This document shows positions 21,901 through 36,900 of a stretch of 64,000 nt of DNA, piece after piece. This DNA is from Phoronis australis. Lineage: Eukaryota; Animalia; Phoronida. Position numbers and translations under genes: made by a program. The stretch spans positions 257,760 to 321,759 of the forward strand of contig NMRA01000302.1 of the NCBI GenBank assembly GCA_002633005.1, read 5' to 3'. Position 1 is the first letter of the stretch, and the number at the start of each line of letters is the position of its first letter. The notes under the pieces were generated by a model. The model was not told the DNA's origin and did not search any database. It saw only the letters and a list, made by a program, of their open reading frames with translations.

Positions 21901-24900
21901 CAAACATGATATGCTCAGACTTTTTAAATCCAGTTGTATAGCAAAACACGACATTTCGTACCTTACCAACAGTGCACCACTTGGTTCTGTAGGAGACCTC
22001 AAACACCATTCCGTTAGCTACCCTTAAAGTTCCGTCCATGCCATGCGGGGGCGCCCACGTCACGTTCAATTTAGTGCTCGGGTCACTGATAGCGGGGCTT
22101 GCACTTAGTTTTTGAACAGGGTGGGGCTTGACTGGAATAAAATTGTACAGTAGGTCTTTGTTAAGATGAATGAACTGTATACGATTTCTCTGATTTAAAA
22201 AACACGCCAAACAGTGTCAACGTTAGCGAAGAAACTAAAGACCTGCTAAGAATTTTCAACAAAAAAGTGGTTGGAGAGAGGTATCGGAAAATTGGAAAGT
22301 TAACGATTCTTCCCTAAACAGATTGGTTGCTACTCAAATTTTGAGTAACCTTATCGGCAAGACTGCAATTAACGAAGAATCTAGAATATTATAACTACAC
22401 TAAACTCAGTAAAGAACATATTTTCTGGCAGAGTGTATTTGTTGAAATTAGTCATATTTTCCACCAATTAAATCATATGACCATGTTTTTGTTGATAGTG
22501 ATGGATGAAAAATGGTATAAATAATATCAGAGAATATTTTGATATAAATATTCAAAATTTAATATCAAAAACGAGGTAAAAGTTTAGGTTTCGACAGTAC
22601 TTTAATTAAGATAGGAATACTTTATTAATTTCCGTCTGCGCTTTGGAGAACAGAACACACAAGATGATATCTGAAAGTTAAGGTTTACTTCGATCAGTCA
22701 TTACTGAAATATGACAATATAAATTGACAGAATTAACTCATACCCTTAAAAGTATAACCAACTTTTTAGAAACATATGGTGTTTTAAAAACAATATCAGC
22801 CTACTTTATGTACTCATACACTATACCATACACTGGGGTTCTGGTTATTGGAAATGGGGTGCATATTAATATTAAACGATTTCGTTGCCTGTGAAACGCG
22901 CACGTGCACAGACAGCTACGTTTGCGTCATCGTAAACTGTACCGGTGTCGCAATATTGCACTCACACTTGAACTCTTGATCTACCAGAACGATAAATGGG
23001 CCTTACTTATCTCCGGGTTGGCTTTAACCTCATACAGTTGGGGTCCAACAGAGTATTGACCTCGTGTGACCTCGACTATGAAGCAGTAGGTGCTATATTT
23101 GTGGAACAAGTGCGGATACTTAGGGCTGGAGAACTTGGAAAAGTATATCCTGAAGACCGTGAATTCTCCAGTGATCTTCTTTTCGGCTTCGATCGCCTTA
23201 GATTTGTCCACGAGGCCAGGCGTGTATCTTGGACAGCTACTACTGCAAGCAGACGCAGTGGGTGACATATCATGATGTCATGTTTAGTAGTACCGGTGCT
23301 TCCAGAAAGGACGAACATCTCCCTCTGAGACATCATGAGGAGTGTAAAGAGAATTGCCTTGATATTCTGGAGATCCTCGAATGAGTTCGCAAAGAAATTA
23401 ATGCTAAAACACTTTCAAGACATTGTCTTTTTGAAATATTTGACAGCTGCACTGGTCATTTGGCTTGAGATTATTAAGGTCACCTGGTAGAATTTAAAAG
23501 TCGGATCAAAACAAATAATTCATTTTAAAACATGACGTTGTACTGTTTGGTTTCACAATTTATTTTTTAGTTATTCTGTTTTTTAATTTTTGTTGGTATT
23601 GTTTATACAAGGGAGTTCAGGTGGTCTGATGTCATTTACGGTGCATCAGACGCGGCTCGTGATTGGGCCCATTGCACCAAACACCTGAGCTAAAAACAAT
23701 ATCAAATATTGTCGTTGTTTAACTATTTTCAAGAGATGTTACTCGTTCAATGAAAAGTTGCCCTTGTTTTCATCTTTGCTGTCTCTTTTCGAGTAATAAA
23801 TCGTCACATTAAAACTGTTTCTTTTACTAGATAAAACTTGCAACCTAACGCGCAAGTACATACATATAGGATGTGATCCGCCACGTGAACAGTCTGGGTG
23901 AAGTATTTAAAAAATCTGCGCAAAAATGAAAGAAACTTAGAAATTCGAAGCGTATGGGATAAATACAAAACGTACCCCGATTGGATTACATGAAGTAATA
24001 CATGTATCTCACTCGACACTATTCGGCGTAATGTCTCGTGAGATATTACTTCATGTGCGCCACTCTCGGTACGTTTTGTGTACATGTATTTATTCCATTC
24101 CGTTGAATGCTCAGTTGAATTCCAAACTCTGTTCAGATGATATTAACGGAATTGAATAAAGATAGTTAACAACGACAAGTGTCGTGTACTTAACCAATGT
24201 CGCTTTGACGAAAACACGTTACATAAATCGCCAAGGAACTTCAAAGGAAACAGACTGAAATCTCAAAATTGTCCCAGTGGAGCTGAGTGGTAGTCCGATC
24301 TGCCTGAAAGTCGCCTGTCTATCGTCAAAGGAATACTCTCGCCAAATTTCACAAAGATACAATTAGTTATTTAGGATATCTGTACAACCGAGGGCGCCAC
24401 TAGGGTGCGCCACAAAAGTCGGATCATTTTAACAATAGTGCTTTAGAAACTCTTCTTGATAAGGACGGTGTGTGTCTCAAAAAGAATGAGGCAGAATACG
24501 AAAAATTAAAAGGTCTTTTTACATATGAAATAGTTACACATTGCTTGACAAAATGAAACACAACAAGAGCTCAGGTTCTGATGGTTTTTTAATGGAATTT
24601 CTGATTTTTTTCTGTGCTGAAAATAGGCATTTCGTTGTTCACTCACGTAATACTGGTTTTGTTGTTGGTCAGTTATCATAAACATCCCTAAGCGAACAAA
24701 TAAAAGTGCAAATTTAAACAAAAAATTCTTCGGCTGTGTCTTAAGGGTTAAAATTTATCTTGGGAAAACTATTCAGTATGGACCCGAGAGGTTTTTTTGC
24801 TGGAAGAAATATGAAAGAAAATATCCCCGTACTATTTGATCTAATGTTTTATATCCAGTCAGCTATCAAAACAGGATTGCTCGATTTTGAGAAAGCATTT

Positions 24901-27900
24901 GATTCTTTGTCGAGGAATGTCATTCAAAAATTTACCTTTTCTTAATTTTGGTTGGTCGATCAGAAGGTGGGTAATTTTTTTATAGTAATATTAAGTCGTG
25001 TGTTGTCGTAGATGGTCACCTATCTTCCTGGTTCAATATTTCGCGTGGCTGAAGACAAAGTGACTCTTTGTCTCGTTACACTTTATATTGTGCGCGGAGA
25101 TTTTGTCGTCTTTACAGTAATCAAGAGTAATAAAAATATTGCAGATGTAGTTGCAGGACGACACATCAATTACATTGGATGGGTTGAATTTCTCATTGAC
25201 TAGGACACTGAATGTATTACATTGGTTCCAAGTGAATGTGGATATAACAAAAGCCACATGGTTTGGAAGTTAAACTGGTAGCGATGACTGATTCTCATAC
25301 AAAAGAAAGTCTATGTTGAACAAAAACAAATTTTTGGGGTTCGATATTGACACTCAATTGGACAGTGCGACGCATAAGAACTTCACTGCAGGAATGACTG
25401 AGATTAAGTCTTTATTAAAACGTTGGAGTCGGCGAAATTTAACGCCGTTTGAAAGAGTAAATCTAATTAAAAAGATAGCTATGTCTAAACTTAATTTTTT
25501 GAGCTGTCAAGTTTACCAAATCCAACAGTAAAATTGTTGGAAGAATTAAATACGGTATTCTTTTGATCTGTATGGCAGGCTCATACCGATAAAATTAAAC
25601 GAACTACGGCCTGTTGAGGACTTGATCAAGGGATACTTCAAATGGTTAATACAGAATAAATACTTTTAGCAAAGCTTTAAAACTCGCCATGACCTGCACA
25701 TATCTTGAAAGGCTTGCGTCTAAAAGTGGTGAGTTACTATACTCACAGTACCTGTTCTTAAAGAATTTTCCTTCATTTGGAGAAGACTTTATTAAGTAGA
25801 AGATAACTCTTATTGACAATTCCCACTGGCGCGACGTATTTGGAAGTCTGAGATCTTTATATCAGAACATAATTGTTGCGAGTAAAAATACTTTTTTAAT
25901 CAACCTTTGTGGTTTAATAGTAACTTGGGGACGGGAGGCAGAGGTGCTTTTTACTAGTCATGGTTTGTAAAAGGCTTAATATTTTTCAGAAACATGTATA
26001 CCCCTGATAGTGATTTCTTCAGTTTAGACCAAATGATAAATTTGTTCCATGTAAAAACAATATAATGGTATTGTTTCTCTTCTAAGAAGGTTTCAAAAAG
26101 TCTATTTTAAAGTAATTTTAAAAGTGTTAATTTCTATTCCCCTTGCATGCGATTAGCAAGTACTCACTTACGTGAGATGTGAAGGTTGTATACATATTGT
26201 TTCTATCTTTAACGACATTAAGAAACTTTCTTAGTTAGAGCGTAAATGGGAAATAGTTATTGAATGTTCTGAACCCCCCTCGACCCACAACCCCTTGACC
26301 CACGACCCACGAACCAATCGACCCATGACCTGTGGCAATAGAGGTATCTTTGCGCTTTTTACATATTTTCTAATCTTATTACGTCACTGGGTGATTTCCC
26401 AAAAGACAAACCTACATGCGAGTCTGCTTTGGCTGAAGTCTGGTGATTAAAAACAGAAAGTGACGTAAGAACTGTGGTGGTCTTGAATACCGCATTATGA
26501 CCGCGCTATCGTTGTCACGGAAATAGTTTCACGAGCGGCTATCAATGGCCCAGTTCTAATAAACTTAGGGAAAGAGTATGTTAACGTGAATGTAAATAAT
26601 TTCATATTTTTATTATTTGGTTTATATTGTATACTCTTTTACAATATCCTCCATATAACGTTGAAATCTTTTAGTTAACAGTTTGTTTTTTAAACTGTAT
26701 TTACTGCTGAATTTACAGCTTTGTCGGTTCCTCGCACTCTGCAATTCACTGAAGAGCAGGAAACAGGTGCCAGAAAACAAAATTTGGAGATAACAGATAC
26801 TAGCCACGTAGGTAGAACAGAATACGTCAAATCCATCAGAAAATGGGAAGGAGTCCTCAGATACCTAATTATCAAATTTCATGAAAACTCTTCAAAGAAT
26901 TGTGAAGATACAGAGCCAAACGTAAATAACTAAAACTGCCACTAAGGGTGCAGTCGGAACTACCCTAACTTCGTGATCATCACTTGCCATGTTTGCGCAA
27001 AATATCTTGCCAGTTTTCAATAACATCCCCAACGGAAGGTGGTCGCAAGGCGCCAAATAGATAAGACTGGACTATGCAACCACAGATACAAAATGTTGGA
27101 GCAATGAATTGGTATAGTATATACATGTACATGTATATGCTAACACCGGTGCCCACTATCTATAACTGAAAACAGTGTAGTAGTCAAAATTGGCGTGGTG
27201 ATCAATCAACAATTAAGCACAGAAACTCAAAAATTGATGGCGATAGTCAAATTTGAGGATGGGTGCTCAAAATTTGATCGTGGTTAGCCGCCAATACAGT
27301 ACTTCAATATTGTCACAGTTTATAGCGTTTGAACGCCATAAACTCTAAACAACAAACACAAAATATAATTTGAGCATTTAAGAGTGCGATGAGTGTTCAA
27401 ATATAAAAAATGACAGTTCTAACTATTGGAAAAAGATATCACAACTGATGAGAGTTTCAAAAAATACAGCTAAAATTTCATGAAACTTCATCATTTCTAT
27501 GGGAGCAAACGTTCTGACTCGTGTAATTCCCACTTTCAGTTGTAATCAGTTCAAAACTCCCATTTTATCACGTAACACCATCATATTACTTCAGTGCAAT
27601 GTGCTGCAACTAATTACACTAAAAACCAGCGACCCAAGACTGCCGTTGGATGTCAATCAAGTATACCCCCGGCATGTGTCGAAGGACGCCACTTACATGG
27701 TTCTGGTGAAATTGACTTCAACCGACAGGCCAGTGATGTAAGGATAGGGTAAAACCCACTCACACTCCATATCGTAGAAGTTCTGGGACACACAGTTTGG
27801 TTGGCTGGGTAAAACAAGTGGATCTGAAAAACATTACAAAACATTCCCTTTAGTGACTCCGCGCTATAATGACTGTCAAACGAAAGGAGCTATATGATAT

Positions 27901-30900
27901 ATTGTTAAGGGATTTCTTTTAATCTTTTGTCAAACCTGCAAGTGATTTCTACTTTTTGTACGCCTTGATCTCGAAGAAATGTTTTAAGCCCAAGAACATC
28001 GAATAAATTTATCTTATTCAATAATCCGTCGTCTGCCAGTACACTATTTCCGCAGTGAAGTGCAAAATACTACCCGTACTGCTTTGCGTGACGCTACCCT
28101 AGCGAATGATTTATGAACTGCTATTAACAATACATGTAGGACGTGACGGCGCCATCAAGTCTTTGATATGCCGAGGACTTCCCTGGATACTCTGGGGTTA
28201 ATAGTCCAAGCTTTCTCGTCCTTTTTTGTGCAACTGCTGTTAGCTTAAGACTTGTGCAATGTCCTCAGACATGATGAAAATGATGACAATGACGATTGCG
28301 ATGATGATGATGATGATGATGAGGATATAGTTTCCTGGGTTGAAAAGAACTGGCAGTTCATTTGTGCGTTAGTGTTTGAGAACGCGGTTCTAAAATTTGC
28401 ATTTCATTTTGTAAGCCGAGCAGGGTGTCAATCACAACTGAATTGTTACTTCTTCCCAAGCTCAGCAACCATTTCACATTTGAATAAGGAAAAAGTTTAT
28501 TTTCTTAGTGGCGATTGGTCGAAGTCACATTTCCTTTGAGGAAAGGCAGTCGTGCGTTCAGTAAAGCTAGGACCTAACTAAATCTAGCCAAACTCACGTG
28601 TTTTCACTTCAAATACACAGTAATATCTCATGTAATATCGCAAATAGTCATGCTTGTTAGCAACGCTTTAGTAACTCGACACATGGCCAGGTTTATAACC
28701 TTAGCTGACAACGTAGGCTTGTAACGGTTGTCTGGGAATGACGTCACGAAACATGTCAAAAGCGTCTGTTCGCAGAGCACTTTATTTCTCAGGCTAGATT
28801 TCAGTAGCCGTCTCGCGACTAGAAAAATCTACCTAAAATCCTTTGTTCTCATTTAAAATACGCGGCAACATTTCGAGCCTTACTCTTTAGCGAGATCGTA
28901 GCGTTATTCAAATCTTCCTAGATGTTGAACTGTTTTCGACAGACCACTCACGTAGACAATCAACTAACTCAATTTTAAGTTTTCTAAGTTAAATTATTCA
29001 TGCAGTTTTAAAAAGCTGTATTTTTATATATTCGGCATAAAATCAAACCTTGTCCATTTATCCTCTAAAATTTGTTCTCAAAATGTTTGTGGCTAACATA
29101 CATGTACTACTCTAATACAGCTGCCACAAAGGACGAACAAAGCACTAGCCATAGACAAATGCTTAAAAGTGCCATCGTTTGTAAACTTTTGACTGCTTCA
29201 AAGTAATGGCAAATAATCTGTCAATTCCAACCGAATATTGAAACATTGCCATCATACTAAGTCAAGGTCGATGTCTTCGTTGGTAAATTTGCTCGATAAA
29301 CCCGCCCTTCGCCAAAGGAACTAATCACTCACTGCTATAAAATTGGTCTCAATTTGTTATTTGTTAGTCAGATGAGGATGTTTTCTGAGCTAGGAAAGAA
29401 TTATCAGTCCAGTCGTGCTTGAAAGGCGGGTTGAATTGAAACGTGTTTAACGTGAACGTGCACAAGATGTGACAGTGCACCGTTGACCTTGAGAGTATAC
29501 CTTTAACGAATACACAGCATAACAGCAGGATGGTAAAATCTCACAAATTTAGGACAGATATGGCGGACAACTGAAGTCTCGATTTTATGTTTTATAAAAT
29601 AAAAGTCACCACAACAAATGGTTTGCAATTTCTCAGTTCTTTATCATATAGTGTACCTGTTACTTAACATCGCTTTGAGAATTTTTGAACATTCACAAGC
29701 CGTATAAGATCGAAAGATATCAATTTTCACAAATACTTTTTGACAAAAACTGGTGAGTTTTGTTGTAATATAATGCATAACTTACAAACAACTGTCAGTT
29801 GCTGGGCAGGGTCAAAAGGTCCTGTATTGCCATTACAGTTGTAGCAACAACGAACATATTTCAGGTGTTCAGCCATGGACAGGTTGCGAAGAGTGATGTA
29901 CGCTACGGATGAGTTCTGCGAGACAGCCTGTAGTGAAACCGTCGAATACAATAATTAAATAAAGCAGCACCCATCGTTCACCTCACCCCTAGAAGTCAAT
30001 CCATCGACTGTAGAGAACACCGTCCTAAAGACGCAGCAACGACAATTCCGTGATTAACCTTTGTGTACTGCAAAATTGCCCTCTAATTTCATCAACTCGC
30101 TAACGAACTCCGGTAAGGTCTTCTCCGCGCTGTCTCCGTCTCTTTCTCACAGCTACAACGACTGCGGGTTGGGAACATTCTTGATAATCAACTCGCTCAC
30201 GATCTCCGGTAAGTCCTTATGTAAATTGAGTCTGCATCCACGTGTTGTGATCCCCTTCGATGTTGTATCTCCAAGTCGTATATATCAAATGTAGCGATCC
30301 ACTCGGATGCCATGTCGACTGGTTCTTCAAACTGCGAAGCCATTTCGACGAACTGTGATCACAAGGAACTTTCTTCCCCAAAGATAATGGAGGAAGTGTT
30401 TAGCAAATGCAACCACAGCCAGCAGTTCTCGATTTGTGGGGTAGTAATGACCTTGCGTTTTGGATAGTGCACTGCTGGTGAACGCGAATGATCCGCTCTT
30501 TTCGGATTTCAATGTGAGACAAAACACCAAATGATCCGTTGGTGGATGCATCGATATCCAGCAGCAACTGACAATTCCTTTCAGGAAACCACAATACCGG
30601 TGATTCTGTAAAAGTTTTAGACATTCAAGGCGTGTTGACAGTCGGCGCCTCACACAAAACGATGATTCTTCCTGGTTACAGAGGTAAGGGAAGCCACAAA
30701 AGCAGTGAAGTCTTGAATAAAACGCCAATAATGAGACACCAACCACAGGAAACTTCGCATCTCCCTGAGAGTGCTCGGACAAGGCCAAGACAGGAGTGAT
30801 TCCACCTTGGCTGGGTCACACGAGATACCCTCAAATGACACCACGTGACCAAATTGATTTGAAGACCAAGAAAGGTGCACTTTTTGGACTTCAGCTTCAA

Positions 30901-33900
30901 GCCAGCTTGTTGGAAACGTTGTAGGATCTATTGCAATTTGTATATACACTCGTAAAAGGACTTTGCATGGCAGATCACATCGTCCACGTACACAAGGCAT
31001 GACTTCCACTGAAGGTCTTTTATCACTTTTTCCGTAAGTCGCTGGAAGGTAGCACAGGTATTGCGGAAGACCATAAGCATTGTGTTGAACTCCCAAAGTC
31101 CACATTATGGGGGTAGCAAAGCTGTCTTAGCCTTATTTTTGTGTGCTATGGGGACTTGCCAATACCCACTGGCAAGATAAAATGGAGAAAAAAGACACCA
31201 AGTCAAGCAGATGGTCCAGACATGTGTCCGTGCGTGGCAGAGGGAATTCGTCTTTTCTTTTAATGGAATTCAGTTTTCAGTAGTCCTCAGTAGTCCGGAC
31301 AGACCCTCCAACTGTCAGAGTCTTTTTTCGGTACTAGCACAACTGGTAAAGTCCACGGACCGTCGCTAGGCTCGATAACGCCAGACGTTATCATCTTGTC
31401 CATATCTCTTTGACCAGTATCTCGCGTTGCGCTACAGGCAACCGTCTTGGAGGCTGCTTGATGGGGCGATGAGTACCAGTGTCAATGAAGTGTTCAACCA
31501 AGACCGTCCGACCTAGCTCGACACCTGAACTACAAATTACTACATTATTTTTAAAGTTCCACAATTAGTTTTCCAACATCTGCCACTCGTGACTCGTATG
31601 ACCTTCTATCGAATGGTTGTGCATGAATTGCACATGAATGGGGACGTGTTCGCCGCCATCACAACCCACAGATTTCAACGCCGAGTGAGCTAGGAACAAT
31701 TGCATCACAACGAGTGACCCCTTCAGACCAAAATGATAACACTGTGTCGTGCGTTTCCAAAAATTGCCATTCAATTAAGTTGATAGAAAACCGACAAAGC
31801 TTACAACAATCTCATTGGCAGATTATTGTCACGGCATAGCTTGTCGGTCTGCTACATGTATTTAAACGGTTAGCGTTTCAACGAGTTCTTCGGCTAACCA
31901 ACGCTACGTCACATAGCCTTATCTGTAAAATAATTGGATTTTTGATTTTTACTCGCAAAACTTTCAACAACTTCATTGGTTCCTATAACGTCACAAGTTT
32001 GTCAGACAAATAACTGGGCTCAATAACCATCATAATCGCGCTCACACCCTGTCTGCAAAACAGTCACGTTTCTGCAATTCAGTCAGCAAACCTTCAACAC
32101 ATAGAAATTGACTGGAAAACATCGTTCTCACACCATATCAGCCAAATAATCAGATTTTTGCAATCCCTGAGAAACATTCATGGGTCATAACTCGAGAATT
32201 AAGTGTACAATTTATATCCAAACTTTTCCGTTTTCAAAGGAAGAAAAGGGGAGGTTTTGGCAGCTACTGGGATTGGATAATTATGCTTAAGTTCTTCTGG
32301 GTACTAAAACATGTGCCAAACTGGTGTTTTGAGAACGGTCATGAACTAGGTAAACGGATATTCGAAATGAAGCCCATCGTATTCGTCCCTTAAGTACATG
32401 ATTTCTACTGATTATTCATCAGCTCCAATAAATAGCCTTACCATCAGAGTGACCCTACATTCCCTTTTAAAAAGTCACTTTGCTTTTTTACAAAAATTTT
32501 TCAAGTTCTATTTTCGATAGCTCATTACACAAAAAGGGAACGATTTAAAATCATTTCCAAATACTGTTTTGGAGAAGTTTCAAATGAATCCATTTGTCCA
32601 TCTCCGAGATATTGTGTTCAAAATTTGGCCAAAATTGTCCATTTTCTATGGTATTACACGGTCTCTTAATAGGTCATGCCATGCTATTCTCTGCTGATGA
32701 CATTGAAAACAACAGTTTCTTTATGAAATGTGGGTCTTGTCTTGCAAAGATGTTATGTAAAGCAAAATCGCTATGGTATTGAAGTTGCGGGGAGCGAGTG
32801 CGGTCTTCCGAATTGTATTAAATTCGTAAACATATCCATGTAAGATTCATTTACGAGAAACTTAAGTTTGCAGAAAACACATTTTTAAGCATTTATTACT
32901 AGAGCGTTGTTGACTAGAGTTTTGAGCTAAGGAGCGAAAAATGATGAATTAATTTCACTGTTCCTCATGTCACATAAAACTGTTAGAGACCGCTAAACAA
33001 TCCCGAATCAGGTAGCAGGCGACCAACGCATACCAAAACAACTTTCAGTGTCGCGTAGTGGCTTGAAGTACTTGTTTGTACTCCGGCCTTCCTTCGAAGC
33101 AAACTGAGGCTCACACTTCAAATTCTATGGAGTAGGATGGAATGTAACGAAAGAGTAGTAAAAGAAGAGGACACAACCGAAGAGGACACGTGGTTTGGCC
33201 GTCGGTTTGCCCTGACTCATCGATAAAACGAAATGCTGCATCAGATTATATTTTACAGATTTTATTAATGCGAAGAGAGCTATGTTCTAGCACTAGCAAC
33301 TAATGTTTTAAAACATACGAGTTACAATTTTTGACAACTGAAGGTGCCCGCAGTCGTGTTAAAGCTGTTAAGTATACTAACCTTGATGTTATTTCAAGCC
33401 AAGCAATTCTCTTGGCGCTTTGTGTGACCAAGTTGGAAATTTTCGATAACAGAATAATATGATTGTATTCGGTCACACCAGCAACCAAGCGAGACAGCTC
33501 CCCTGATGAAAAGTTCGGCTTTCCCTTTTCCATATTATCATCTGCTGCGAAAGTGTTTTTTTCTCAACCTCCAAGCTTTGGAACTTCCACATCCGGTAAT
33601 TTACGTCAAACCAAGACAAAACTTCAGTCACATTTTTAGACGAACTTAAGATCACTGTCTTGAGAAGGACTTAACATAAACTTAAGTTTTTGTCACAAAT
33701 CTGGGTTGTAATAGCTGAGAAAGGTTTACTTGGAACGGGTCCTAGTATTGTTGGTTTAAATGAAAAGGACCAAAACGTACCTCCGGAGGAAGCTGTATGT
33801 TTTTAAACGTTATGTGAAATGGCTTGTCTGACTTCGGTTGGCAGCTATTCATCTCGCTCACTTTGATATTGACCGCACAGGTCAGCCTTAGGTCCTGTCC

Positions 33901-36900
33901 TACAACTGCTACAGGGTCACGTGGTAACAAAGTCACTGGAATGAATAATGAATGCATACAAATCCCCTTTTTAATCAAGATTCATTTCTTTACGTTGAAC
34001 ATCAAACCCACATCATGTGGGTTTTGGGGGCGCTCGTGTGCTCGAACCGTCCCCAACAAAATAAAATACCATACCCAAATTACAAGACAAACAGCACTTG
34101 AGCCTCCACATGTTTCTACCCCTGGGTTCACTTACAAGACCTTTAAAGGCGAAGGCAACCTTTTTCCATGTCATTTTGAGCTAAAATAAGGTTGGTTGGT
34201 TATCCTAGACATATTTTCCACTTAATTACAGCTTTTCGTAATTTTATAAATTACTCGTCCGCTACTCCGGAAGTGACGTTTTAGGAGGCAAGCGTTTCCC
34301 GCCACTTGGTTTTGCGTTGACTTTACCGTGCGAATCTGTTCTATTCTACTTTTGTTTTGTGCTGTTTTTCAACAATTGTCGCCACCACTTTCCATCGGCG
34401 AGTATTCTGCGGCAAGATAGGTTAGTAGAGAACTCAACTACGTTGGATTTAGGGATTGTTTAGTGTGTTGTAAGCTGAAAATGGCTGGAGTCGGTGACCC
34501 GTATCACAGTGACAGTAGTGTGAGTGACGGAGACCTTGTTCACAGCAGTGGTGACGAGGAATTTTTTCACGGACATTCAGTGGGTGGGTACATGTTTGAG
34601 CCCGAGTATAGCGAGGCAGAGTACGCACAGGCACAGGCAGCTGTTGAGAGAAACGAGGCAGCTACTGAGGACAGACGTTGTGAAACATCTTAGTGCAAAT
34701 GCACTGTGTGCGTTGTTATGCCTACCTCAATGGAATGCTTGTGCTGTTCAGAGTTCGACGAGGCCAAGCCACTACTGGACATGGTTAAGTGGACCTCCGG
34801 CATACCACGGACAGAGGAACAACAGTCCCACTTGCCAGAGTGTCCTGCGACACACTCCCACTGGATGGTGACCTGAGCACCCAAACTGCTTACATCGTGT
34901 CGTGTGACTCCCTCGCCTCACACCTTGCACCTTCTAAATAGCTCCAATACTTTAGACAAGTCCACAATAAACTTATCAAAGTTTGGCTCGCCGATCTGTT
35001 CACTGGACGACGAACTGTCCTCTTCACTGGGTGTCAAACTGAGCCTGTAATCACTCCCACAACTCAATATCGCTGCAGGGGGGCTGCTTAGAGGCTCTGG
35101 GCTGGAGAAAACAGCACAGGGCGAATCACTACTGGTTCCAGGAATTGCACGCTCTGGGGTACGTTCGGAGGCACGGGTGACAGTAGATGAAGTGCCTCCA
35201 CTGGCTCCAGTCACTGTACTGGCCACAGCTCGCGAGGCTTCTCGCTTCAAAAACGCACTTCTCGCGGGTGGTGACGGGGCACTGCCGGGAATCATCACAG
35301 ACGGAATGGCATCCTTCTTCAGACGTGGTTTCGCAGGGACCTTCATCAGTTCAGCGTACAAATCCCTTTCGTAATCGGACGTCAGAAAGTGCTTGCCACA
35401 CACACGGTAATTCTCCACTGCTTTGTACGTTGCGTGGACGGGTAACTCTGCGTTCTTCACACGAATGAGCCAAGTACGGCGAAGTGTGTCATCCATCGGA
35501 AAGCGATGCAAAGATACTCCCAAAGCGCGCGTGAGCCGATAATTAGTACATCCTGGTACGCAGCAACAGTGTGGCATGTGACTGACTAGTATATGAAAGC
35601 AAACGACGACGGAACTTAACACAACCGAGGTAGAACAATGATTGACTCGGCAGCTCTCACAGTCAGACTATATGAAAAAAAAATTGGCGCGAAATGCTTG
35701 CCTCCTAAAACGTCACTTCCGGAGTAGCGGACGAGTAATTAATAAAATTACGAAAAGCTGTAATTAAGTGGAAAATATGTCTAGGATAACCAACCAACCT
35801 TATTTTAGCTCAAAATGACATGGAAAAAGGTTGCCTTCACCTTTAACTTAACAAGTACAGATAAAAGAACCTTCCTAGAGATAGCGTTTAGAACAGTGAC
35901 GTCTTTAGCCTTTGTCTCTTGAAAATGAATAGAGCAATCTCTATCACGGTCACATTAGCTCATATTAGCATTCACAACAAAAATAACTTAAAAAGAGAAA
36001 TTCTTTGCCGCACTGAAAATTGATATATGCCATTCTTAATACATACACATTCAACTCTGTGTTTTTGAAACGGTCAAAGTTGAACCATTTCTGACAAGCT
36101 TCAGTGCCTCAAAGTATAAATTGTCCGCATGGTCGGGGTTACGAGGCATAAGTTTGAAACCGTGACGCAAATAAACAGGACACTACACGTACTTTAACGA
36201 ACATGATATTACATTTGTCCTCTCTGTTGTACCCTACACTGGTGATATTTTCTATCGAAACTGGCAATCTGGGGCAGACGCAAGACACTTGTGAAATTGG
36301 CAAGGTCATTCGTGACCTGGGCGAGAGAAAAACGGGACTTTACTTGCGTGTAATTAAAAACGGTGAGCGGAGAGGTAATTGGTAAACGAAGCAGGAATTT
36401 TGAGTCACGGGATAGAAGTCCTGGACTCTGTGTAATGAACAAATATGTCTTGCCACATGTATCTCGAGAGTGTCTTGCGCTCGCGGAACGCACCCCCTGG
36501 GAATTTGGTATTGCAAAGGCAACAAAATTTCCAAAAACTTAACTTACAGCCACAGCTACCAAATAAGGCGCCGATAGGTGTCGCTGTACAAGTCAGAAGT
36601 AACGTGACAGTGAAAGTTTTCACTAACGACCACGAAACAGTCAGTGAACACGCGGCAGCTGCAAAGACATATAATTACATGTACAAAAGTCATTGCATAA
36701 GATGGACTCCAGTGACAAGGATTCAACAAGCAAGTAATGCGATTGAAATTTAACTATGTTGCAGTAAATAAAAATAGCCTTTCCTTCTACTATTCCGGGT
36801 ATTTGGAAATGTTTCAAAAATGGAGAATTGAATGAAGCCGATTGTATCATCAATAAAGGGCAAACTTCAAAACTAGCGATTGTGTTGACTGATTCGTAAA

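Larger units (their letters stand above)
34147..35842. mobile_element. Kolobok DNA transposon, internally deleted, with about 157-bp near-perfect TIRs and TTAA TSD
   Basis: TTAA|AGGCGAAGGCAACC...GGTTGCCTTCACCT|TTAA. Convergent THAP-transposase and KolX-like 5' fragments; absent from the equivalent intron of gene A. Confidence 0.9.

Noticed and set aside
26281-26335. (CGACCCA)n degenerate repeat
   Set aside because: Short low-complexity tract, probably part of a repeat element; no function supportable.
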